From contig NZ_LGKN01000003.1 of NCBI RefSeq assembly GCF_001306175.1, forward strand, positions 1 to 64,000: DNA of 64,000 nucleotides. Reading direction: 5' to 3'. This DNA comes from Ardenticatena maritima (GTDB taxonomy: Bacteria > Chloroflexota > Anaerolineae > Ardenticatenales > Ardenticatenaceae). Within the stretch, counting starts at the first letter, position 1, and the number at the start of each line of letters is the position of its first letter. Made by a program: the position numbers and the translations under genes. Below are positions 56,559 to 64,000 of this stretch, in pieces. A model generated the notes under the pieces. The model had not been told where the DNA came from. It saw only the letters and a list, made by a program, of their open reading frames with translations, and searched no databases.

Positions 56559-58234
56559 CGACGTGTCAGAATGAGCACGACTGGATGGTCATAAACGGCA
56601 AAACTTTCATCATAGCGCCCCATCTGAATACGCCGGCGTGGTGCTGAGGCTTCCCACGCCGACGGTGTGGGCACGTGCGCTGCTGTGAACAGGTTGGCGC
56701 TGAGCGCGACGCCGCCCAACGATGGCTCTGGCCGCCAAACGGCGGCGACCTCAAACTGGTCGCCTGCGAAAAGCGAGCGATAGAATGCCGCGGCTTCGGG
56801 AAAATGCGCGCTTTGGCGTGCGTGTGTCTGCCAACTGCGCGGCGAACTCAGTACAATAGCATCGGCTTGCTCCGCCAGGCGAGGCAACGCCGCGACACCC
56901 TCAGGCGTGTACGGGTCGCCTGTGATGATGACAAAACGGCCATCGCAAGCCCCCGCTACGGGTAAGGGCTGGTCCCACGTTTCCACCAGCAGAACCGCGC
57001 CTGGTGGTATGTTTTCACACAGCCATTCTGACGCCAACCACCAGGGATGGGCGTCTTTATAGAGGCTTACGAACGCCAAAGCATACAACAAGGTTGGCGT
57101 GATTCCAAACATCGCGGCGCCTGGCTGCCAATGGCGTGGTACCGCGCGCACCAGCCAACCGCTCCCGAAGAGGGCCATGAGTGGGAAGAGCGGAAGCCAA
57201 TAGCGCGGAAACTGGGCAAACGCCGAGAGAATGACGCCCATGGCGGGTAACAGCGCCGCCAGCACAATCACTTCACCAATCGCCAAGCGGCGGCGTACCG
57301 CACGCCAGAGCGCCCAAAGCGTGCCGCCCCATGCCAGCAGAGCGGCGGTGGGTCCCAAAAACCATTGCACTTGTTGGGTGATGGGGTAGAGAATGGGGGT
57401 GGCGTCCAGAAACTGGCGTGTGTAGGGCGGTACAATGTGCCCCCATACCATCGCGGCTTCGGCGTGCCAGGCGGCGCGTACCGCCGGGAACGCTTGCCAG
57501 ACCGACGGATTGACCAGCGCGAACACGCCCAATGCTGTGCCCAGCGACGGCGCGAACCAGCCCCAGGCGTCGTCTGTCCAGGCGGAACGCCAACGTGTGC
57601 GCCATGTGCCGGTGCTGTTTTGCCAGCCCGGCGCAAGGTGCGCGATGACGAGCGCCGGCAACAGCAGCGCGCCCGTGATTTTTGCGCTCATCGCCAGCCC
57701 AATCAGGGCGCCGGCGGTCAGGGCGTAGCGGGCGCGCGTGCCGGCTGGTGAGCGAGCGAGGCATACCAGCGCCCATGTGGCGGCGACCCAGAGCGGCGCC
57801 AGCAGAATATCGGCGGTGTAGAAGTGGGCTTGCTGAATGTGCAGCACCGCCAATCCCACACACGCCATGGCCAGCAAGGCGGATGGTGCGCCGTAGAGCG
57901 TGAACGCCAACCCCCCGACGAGTACCACGGTTGCCGTATCGGCAAGCGCGGCGAGCACGCGGGCGGTGGCTAGGAACGTATCGCCGGCGAAAGGGCGCGC
58001 CAGCCCTTCGGGAAGGAGCGGGGCAAGCCCTGCAAGCAACCAGAGCGGTAGTTGCCCATACGGGTAGCGGATGTCGGTGCGGGTGTAGGGGGTGGCGGGT
58101 CTAGTTTCGGCGACCGAGAGGATGAGCCGCTCATCTGGGTGAAAACGGCCGCCGGCGTCCCAATCCAGCCCATACACGCGGAGTGTGATGGCAAGGAGCA
58201 GAATCAGCGCCCCCCACACCCGTACCTGACGCAT
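56555..58234 (-). CDS. GT-C (ArnT-like) membrane glycosyltransferase
   Basis: LRVYGLDWD...FHPDER, HIQQAHFYTAD, MSAK; polytopic. Confidence 0.82.
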   Translation of the reverse strand: MRQVRVWGALILLLAITLRVYGLDWDAGGRFHPDERLILSVAETRPATPYTRTDIRYPYGQLPLWLLAGLAPLLPEGLARPFAGDTFLATARVLAALADTATVVLVGGLAFTLYGAPSALLAMACVGLAVLHIQQAHFYTADILLAPLWVAATWALVCLARSPAGTRARYALTAGALIGLAMSAKITGALLLPALVIAHLAPGWQNSTGTWRTRWRSAWTDDAWGWFAPSLGTALGVFALVNPSVWQAFPAVRAAWHAEAAMVWGHIVPPYTRQFLDATPILYPITQQVQWFLGPTAALLAWGGTLWALWRAVRRRLAIGEVIVLAALLPAMGVILSAFAQFPRYWLPLFPLMALFGSGWLVRAVPRHWQPGAAMFGITPTLLYALAFVSLYKDAHPWWLASEWLCENIPPGAVLLVETWDQPLPVAGACDGRFVIITGDPYTPEGVAALPRLAEQADAIVLSSPRSWQTHARQSAHFPEAAAFYRSLFAGDQFEVAAVWRPEPSLGGVALSANLFTAAHVPTPSAWEASAPRRRIQMGRYDESFAVYDHPVVLILTRR

Positions 58235-58240
58235 GACGAC

Positions 58241-59026
58241 TTACCGTCGGCGGCGTTGACGTGGTCGGCGTGCCGTTTTGGTTTTGCGCGTTTGTTCGCG
58301 CACAAGTTGTTGCAGTGCCTTGACTTCTTTGGGCGTCAGTTCGCGCCATGCGCCGCGGGGCAAATTCCCCAGTGTGATGGGGCCAATGCGCACGCGCTTC
58401 AATTTGCGCACCGGGTGCCCCAAAATGCCAAACATGCGGCGAATCTGGCGCTTGCGCCCTTCGCGCAAAATCACACGCAAGATGGTGGTGTCATCGGTTT
58501 TGCGTTCCACGCGCACTTTGGCGGGGAGTGTCCGCGTGCCGTCTTCCAGCACAACGCCATGCTTGACCGCTTCAAAGAAATCTTCATTGGGGTGCCCGTA
58601 CACTTCGACAACGTACTCTTTTTCGTGCTGATAGCGTGGGTGCGTCAGCACATTCACAAGGTCGCCGTCATTGGTGAGCAGAATCAGCCCCTCGCTTTCA
58701 GCGTCCAGCCGCCCGACGGGCACTAAATGCTCCTCGGCGGCAAAGGGCACCAGGTCAACCACCGTTTTGCGGCCAAATTGGTCGCGCATGGTGGTGATGT
58801 AGTGGCGCGGCTTGTGCAGAGCGATGTAGCGCTTGCGCACCTGGTCGAGTCGCACACGTACCCCGTCCACGCGGATTTCATCTTGTTCGGGGTCAACTTT
58901 GGTGCCAAGTTCGGTGACCATGCGACCATTGACATCCACGCGCCCCTGGCGAATCATCTCTTCGGCTTCACGGCGCGAGGCGACGCCCGCGCGCGCCAAC
59001 ACTTTTTGCAAACGTTCTTTGGCCAT
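58241..59026 (-). CDS. rluB: rRNA pseudouridine synthase (RluB/RsuA family)
   Basis: S4 domain RLQKVLARAGVASRR, GRLD, LTNDG, EGRKRQIRRM. Confidence 0.9.
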   Translation of the reverse strand: MAKERLQKVLARAGVASRREAEEMIRQGRVDVNGRMVTELGTKVDPEQDEIRVDGVRVRLDQVRKRYIALHKPRHYITTMRDQFGRKTVVDLVPFAAEEHLVPVGRLDAESEGLILLTNDGDLVNVLTHPRYQHEKEYVVEVYGHPNEDFFEAVKHGVVLEDGTRTLPAKVRVERKTDDTTILRVILREGRKRQIRRMFGILGHPVRKLKRVRIGPITLGNLPRGAWRELTPKEVKALQQLVREQTRKTKTARRPRQRRRR

Positions 59027-59245
59027 GGGAATCCCTCTTTTCCGTGCGACACAATGCGATATGTGCCGTTCTTTATTCAAAGATAGCAAGATTGTATTAT
59101 AGCCTAAAAAGCAAGACATGCGAGAAGTGGAGAAGAAAAACGCGCACGATGTGCACCTTGGCGGGTATTTGCCAGAGCATGCAGAACGCCGTACACTTGT
59201 CGGCACGACGGCCCAAAATCAACCAGTGAGTGCAAGGAGGTTTCC

Positions 59246-60499
59246 TTGGCGTCGAACGAATTGCCACGCGTTGTTGTCACCGGAATAGGCGTCATCACTT
59301 CACTTGGCCAGAACGTCGAAACATTTTGGGATGGTCTCATCCATGGGCGTTCTGGCATTCACCGCTTCAACCATTTCGATGCCAGTGAGTGGCCTGTGCA
59401 GATTGGCGGCTATATTGATGATTTTGACCCCACGCGATACATTCCTGAAAAAGAAGCCCGCCGCATGGCGCGTTTCACGCAGTTGGCGCTGGCGGCAACC
59501 GAAGAAGCCCTGGCTGATTCGGGGATTGATTTGTCGCAATATGACCCGACCCGCATTGGGATTGAGATGGGGAATGCGGTCGGCGACCTGGATACGATTA
59601 CCAAAGAGTACGATGTGATGAAAGAGAAGGGGCCGCGTCGTATCAAGCCGCACGCGGGTCCCAGCGTGCTCATCAACATGGGGGCGTGCCAGTTGGCGAT
59701 TCGGTATGGCATCCAGGGACCGGCCGGTGCGCCGGTGGCGGCTTGCGCCACCGGGCTGTATGCGGTGGGGGACGCCATGCGCCGCATTCAGCGTGGTGAA
59801 GCCGATATCGTCATTGCCGGTTCAAGCGAAGCCTTGCTGACGCCGTTGGCGGTGGCGGCGTTCTGGCGCATTCAGGCGCTGAGCACGCGCAACGATGAGC
59901 CTGAGAAAGCCTGCCGCCCCTTCGACAAGGACCGCGATGGGACGGTGATGTCCGAAGGCGCCGCCACCTTGATTTTGGAGCGCGAAGATATCGCCCGCGC
60001 ACGTGGGGCGCGCATTTATGCCGAAGTGGTGGGGTACGGTATCTCGGTAGATGGGTTCCACCTCATCGCCCCCGACCCACAGGGGCGCGGTGCGGCGCGC
60101 GCCATGACGTATGCCCTGCGCGAAGCGGGCATTTCACCGGAAGAAGTGGACTGGATTTCGGCGCACGGTACCGGCACGCCGCTCAACGATTTGTCCGAGA
60201 CACTGGCTATCAAGAGTGTGTTTGGCGATGCGGCGTACAAAGTGCCTGTCAGCAGTATCAAAAGCATGATTGGGCACACGTTGGGTGCAGCCGGCACGGT
60301 CAGCCTGGTGGCGAATATCAAAGCCATCGAGACGGGCATCATTCCGCCAACCATCAATCTCGACCAGCCCGACCCGCAGTGTGACCTGGACTATGTGCCC
60401 AACGAAGCCCGCGAAGCCCGCGTGGACGTTGCGATGAGCAATGCGTTTGGCTTTGGCGGTCAAAACGCGTGCGTGATTGTGCGACGCTACGAAGGCTGA
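59246..60499 (+). CDS. fabF: Beta-ketoacyl-ACP synthase II
   Basis: RVVVTGIG, AACATG, AHGTGT, KSMIGH, SNAFGFGG; TTG start after AAGGAGG. Confidence 0.94.
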   Translation: MASNELPRVVVTGIGVITSLGQNVETFWDGLIHGRSGIHRFNHFDASEWPVQIGGYIDDFDPTRYIPEKEARRMARFTQLALAATEEALADSGIDLSQYDPTRIGIEMGNAVGDLDTITKEYDVMKEKGPRRIKPHAGPSVLINMGACQLAIRYGIQGPAGAPVAACATGLYAVGDAMRRIQRGEADIVIAGSSEALLTPLAVAAFWRIQALSTRNDEPEKACRPFDKDRDGTVMSEGAATLILEREDIARARGARIYAEVVGYGISVDGFHLIAPDPQGRGAARAMTYALREAGISPEEVDWISAHGTGTPLNDLSETLAIKSVFGDAAYKVPVSSIKSMIGHTLGAAGTVSLVANIKAIETGIIPPTINLDQPDPQCDLDYVPNEAREARVDVAMSNAFGFGGQNACVIVRRYEG

Positions 60500-60526
60500 T
60501 GCAAAATCGCGAGGAGAGAGCAGAGC

Positions 60527-60922
60527 ATGCCGATTGAAACTCGCCCACTTACCACCGGTGAACAGTTGCGCCGTCTGGCGCGCCGTTTGTTGGGGCAACC
60601 CGATTTGCATTGGGTTGTTCTCCCATCCTATGAACTCCCTGGTCTGGCGGTTGTTGGTGGGGTGTTGGTGCAAAATCTGGGGAACGTCCCGGCGCACAAT
60701 GTGAAGATTGACCTGAGCTTTCCGCGCGGGGCGCAAGACATCATGCGCGAAGTGCAGGTGCATAGTGATGATGAGTACATTGTGCGCGGGGGTGGAGAAG
60801 GGCGTTCTTTCACCACCTTGCGCTTGCGCACATTGCGACCGGGGGGGACCGTTGTGGTGTACTATTCCAGCCATGCGCCGTTGCAACCGGTTGTGCGCGT
60901 TTCGCATTACGAGCCAGAATAA
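60527..60922 (+). CDS. Hypothetical protein (beta-sandwich-like)
   Basis: 131-aa ORF in operon position between fabF and the response regulator, with an SD; VQNLGNVPAHNV strand pattern. Confidence 0.7.
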   Translation: MPIETRPLTTGEQLRRLARRLLGQPDLHWVVLPSYELPGLAVVGGVLVQNLGNVPAHNVKIDLSFPRGAQDIMREVQVHSDDEYIVRGGGEGRSFTTLRLRTLRPGGTVVVYYSSHAPLQPVVRVSHYEPE

Positions 60923-60953
60923 ATGTTGTGATTGATCGTGAAGGAGGCTGTGA

Positions 60954-62129
60954 GTGAGCCGCACCTATCGCATTCTTGTTGTGGATGATGATTGGGTCTC
61001 CGCTGAGCTTGTTCGGCGGGTCTTGGAGCGCGTCGGCTATGAGGCGTTTGTTGTCCATTCGCCCGAAGATGCACTCAATGCGTTAGAAAAAGAGACGTTC
61101 GACGCCGCCATCCTCGATGTCATGCTTCCGGGCATGGATGGGTTTACGCTGGCGCGCCGTATTCGCCAAGACCCGAAAACACGCCTCATGCCGATTCTCA
61201 TGTTGACCTCAATGGGCGACCTGTCGGATAAAATCGCCGGTTTTGAGGCGGGGGTGGACGATTACGTCACCAAGCCCTTCGATTCAAACGAGCTAGTATA
61301 TCGGCTGAGGGCGTTGCTCTTGCGTGCTGAAGAATCGCGCGGCGCCGGTTTGGTGCAGGTTGACCGGTCTGCAGCACCGCGAGGCAAGGTGATTGCCGTC
61401 TTTGGGACGAAAGGCGGCGTTGGGAAAACGCTCATCTCGGTCAATCTGGCGATTGCGTTGCAGCAGAAGACGCAAAAGCGCGTGGCTATTTTCGATGCGG
61501 ATTTGTTGTTTGGCGACGTTGGCGTGCATTTGAACCTGCCCACGGTGCGCAGTATCGTTGACCTGATTGACCAGATTGATTCACTCGACGAGTACGCTGA
61601 GCAAGTGTTGGTGCCGCATTCGTCGGGCGTGTACGCCTTGCTTAGCCCCTTCCGCCCCGAGGAAGCCGAATTGGTGACCGCCGAGCATATTGGCAAAGTG
61701 TTGGAGTGGTTGCAGACCCGCTTCGACTATGTGGTGGTTGACTGTCCGCCGGCTTACGATGACCGCGTGCTGGTGGTCTTGGAGAAGGCTGACATCATCC
61801 TCATTGTGGTGACGCCGGAAATTGGACCGTTGAAGAATATGAGCGTCTTCCTGGATTTGGCGGAGCAGTTGGGGCTTTCGTATGACAAAATCCATCTCAT
61901 TTTGAACCGCGCCAACTCCAACGTGGGCATCAATGTGCAAACAATCGAACGCACATTGCGACATCGGGTTGCCTTGCAGGTGGTGAGTGGTGGGCGTGCT
62001 GTGGTGCTCAGCGTCAACCGGGGGGTTCCCATTGTGCTCGACCATCCCAATGCGCTGATTTCGCAACAGATTCGCCAGATTGCCGACTTTGTTTTGGAGC
62101 AAATTCGCCAGCCCCATTCCACGCGCTGA
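60954..62129 (+). CDS. Receiver domain fused to a CpaE/MinD-like ATPase
   Basis: ILVVDD, ILDVMLPGMDG, KPF receiver domain; GTKGGVGKT deviant Walker A; VVDCPP. Confidence 0.9.
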   Translation: MSRTYRILVVDDDWVSAELVRRVLERVGYEAFVVHSPEDALNALEKETFDAAILDVMLPGMDGFTLARRIRQDPKTRLMPILMLTSMGDLSDKIAGFEAGVDDYVTKPFDSNELVYRLRALLLRAEESRGAGLVQVDRSAAPRGKVIAVFGTKGGVGKTLISVNLAIALQQKTQKRVAIFDADLLFGDVGVHLNLPTVRSIVDLIDQIDSLDEYAEQVLVPHSSGVYALLSPFRPEEAELVTAEHIGKVLEWLQTRFDYVVVDCPPAYDDRVLVVLEKADIILIVVTPEIGPLKNMSVFLDLAEQLGLSYDKIHLILNRANSNVGINVQTIERTLRHRVALQVVSGGRAVVLSVNRGVPIVLDHPNALISQQIRQIADFVLEQIRQPHSTR

Positions 62130-62162
62130 GCGCAAGATGTGAACAAGCAGCCACACGCAAGA

Positions 62163-62200
62163 AAAACAGGGCGGACCAGACGGTTCGCCCTGTTGCTTTG
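62163..62200. terminator. Terminator between convergent genes
   Basis: AAAACAGGGCGGACC-AGAC-GGTTCGCCCTGTT. Confidence 0.7.
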
Positions 62201-62212
62201 CGCGCGGAAGGT

Positions 62213-63121
62213 TCAGGGAGCGACGGCCACGGGCATCATCAGGTGTGGCATGGGCACATACATTTGAATGCGTACACGCCGCGATTCCGCCAAAATCACG
62301 AATTCTTCTTCTTCGTCTTCCACATGCGTGTGGGGGAAGACGAGAGCATGCCGCAATCGCGAGCGGCGAACATGTGCGCCATGTCCAATCGTCACATACA
62401 GCCCAAGGCTGCTCTCTTCGACAACGGCATCGCGCGCTTTCCACGACAGCATCATGGGATCGTAGAGCAGGTTGGCGTATGGTGGATGCACCATGCTTGA
62501 CCAGTCGCGCAGCATCAGGTGGGTGATGTGCAACAGGTCGGAAGGTTCATTGACGTTGAAGCGGCAAATGTTGGTGGGAAGAATCTGCATGGGCGCGTTG
62601 CGCGCAACGATTTCATAGGTGAGGGCTTGCAGGGAATCATGTTCGACAAGCATGCGCGCCCAGCGGAAAATCTCTGGTTGCAGAATGTACGCGCCGGTTT
62701 GCGCCATGCGTGCCGCCGTATCGCCAAAAGCCGCGTCCTGGGAGACGAAGAAGGTGTTTCGCCCAGGTGTGGCACGGCGCACATAGGGCTCAAGCCACTG
62801 ACCAAAGTAGTTGTCGCCGTGCAAAACCAATGTCGGACCCTGTACCCAGTCGGCGGCGCTTGCCAATGCCGCCATAAAGGTGGCGGGGCCTTTTTGCTGA
62901 ATGAGGCGAATATGACGGCGTTTGCGGATATGGCGGGCAATCGCGTCGGCTTTGTAGTTGACGACAATGGCAATGTCTGTGATTGCGAGGCGTTCCAGTT
63001 GGTTCAAAAGGTGGTCGAGTAGCGTTCCACCGGGGAGATACAGCAAGGGCTTCGGATACAAATCTGTCAACGGGCGTAAACGTGTCCCACGTCCTCCTGC
63101 CAGAATCAATGCTTGCACCAT
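62213..63121 (-). CDS. Sugar-phosphate nucleotidyltransferase family protein
   Basis: ILAGGRGTRLRPLT...PKPLL, LHGDN; AAGGAG SD before ATG 63121. Confidence 0.85.
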   Translation of the reverse strand: MVQALILAGGRGTRLRPLTDLYPKPLLYLPGGTLLDHLLNQLERLAITDIAIVVNYKADAIARHIRKRRHIRLIQQKGPATFMAALASAADWVQGPTLVLHGDNYFGQWLEPYVRRATPGRNTFFVSQDAAFGDTAARMAQTGAYILQPEIFRWARMLVEHDSLQALTYEIVARNAPMQILPTNICRFNVNEPSDLLHITHLMLRDWSSMVHPPYANLLYDPMMLSWKARDAVVEESSLGLYVTIGHGAHVRRSRLRHALVFPHTHVEDEEEEFVILAESRRVRIQMYVPMPHLMMPVAVAP

Positions 63122-63392
63122 TGAACTCCTTTGTCTCTTTTGTGCACTCGCCATTGAATGCACCGCCATATATTGTAGTATTCGACTGTTTGTTTTACAA
63201 ACGCGTTTTCTCTACGTTTTCTCTACGTTCTATACACGTTTTTCCGCATGCAGACAATGGGCTTTTGGTCATAGTTTTTTCATGTGTTGACATAGCATGT
63301 TGTCAATGAGCAAGTGATATGTTGCCGCTCGTCTTATTTTGTTAGATGATATGGCTATCGCATATCTTTCCTTGCATAACAGGAGGCGTTTT

Positions 63393-63932
63393 ATGGTGGA
63401 AAAGTGGCATGTTGAACGTGAAGAAATCGCCTATGCTGACCGTTGGGTGCGTGTGGTGCGTGCTCACGTGCGGCTTCCGAATGGACGTGCGTATGTCTAT
63501 ACCACGTTGTGGCGCGTGCCGGGGGCGGCGGTTGTCGCCCTCAACGAAAAGGGGCATGTGTTGTTGGTGCGAGAGTATCGCCATCCGTTGGGGCAGGTGA
63601 TTGACCAATTGCCGGGCGGTCTGGTTGATGAAGGCGAAACCCCGCTCGTGACGGCGCAACGCGAATTGCGCGAAGAGACGGGGCTGGAAGCCCGCGAGTG
63701 GGAGTGGTTGGGCGAGGTTGAGGATAACCCTGGATTGATTGCCGGGACAACAACGCTCTTTCTCGCGCGTGATGTCCACCCGGTCGCTGAACCTGCGCGC
63801 GAGTGGACCGAGTTTTTGGAGATGCGTTGGGAAGCCCCCGACGTGTTGCAGGCGCGTATTGCGCGCGGCGAGATTCGCGACCGGGTGGTGTTGGCGGCGT
63901 GGGCGTTTCTTACGGCGCGCGGGGTGTTGTAA
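63393..63932 (+). CDS. NUDIX hydrolase (ADP-ribose pyrophosphatase-like)
   Basis: Nudix box GLVDEGETPLVTAQRELREETG; AGGAGG SD before ATG 63393. Confidence 0.9.
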   Translation: MVEKWHVEREEIAYADRWVRVVRAHVRLPNGRAYVYTTLWRVPGAAVVALNEKGHVLLVREYRHPLGQVIDQLPGGLVDEGETPLVTAQRELREETGLEAREWEWLGEVEDNPGLIAGTTTLFLARDVHPVAEPAREWTEFLEMRWEAPDVLQARIARGEIRDRVVLAAWAFLTARGVL

Positions 63933-64000
63933 GTTGGGCGAGCAGGTGGCGTAGTTCATCGGCTGAAACGTCGAACACGTCCCATGCGGCGTTCTTGGGC

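Noticed and set aside
63910..64000. 3' end of a minus-strand gene (...WDVFDVSADELRHLLAQLTTPRAP*)
   Set aside because: Too short to support or identify within this window

Overview
This is a GC-rich bacterial chromosomal segment. Gene style (Pro-rich lipoprotein, multiple GT-C glycosyltransferases, GAAC-N4-GTTC SOS boxes, free-standing rpoC) suggests a Chloroflexota/Anaerolineae-Ardenticatenia-like monoderm; this is an inference. Most of the window is housekeeping: tatCB, nusB, Asp23, fabG/fabD/fabF, lepB, glutamate dehydrogenase, ALDH, thiDE, uvrB, a GyrA-family topoisomerase subunit, rpoC, a macro-domain protein, Mrp/ApbC, rluB, NUDIX and a cell-envelope glycosylation cluster. An accessory/defence island at about 20.2-30.0 kb holds a large N6-adenine DNA methyltransferase with an AT-rich, apparently swapped target-recognition region and a PLD-nuclease/SNF2-helicase fusion. 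It also holds an hsdM remnant, immunity-like small genes and two Y1 (RAYT-type) HUH transposases. Each transposase carries its own REP-like palindrome in frame inside its coding sequence, and one has a polarised 18-bp tandem expansion of the REP 5' end. Other notable items are: an RND transporter whose TolC-docking subdomains look replaced by about four 80-aa repeats (N half) or deleted (C half); a beta-prime subunit with an alphaCTD-like insert and a long acidic tail, transcribed from its own promoter and not adjacent to rpoB; LexA boxes before an orphan GyrA paralogue and an unknown gene; and a TetR/GAP/rifampin-phosphotransferase-like module. No rRNA, tRNA or CRISPR array was seen.
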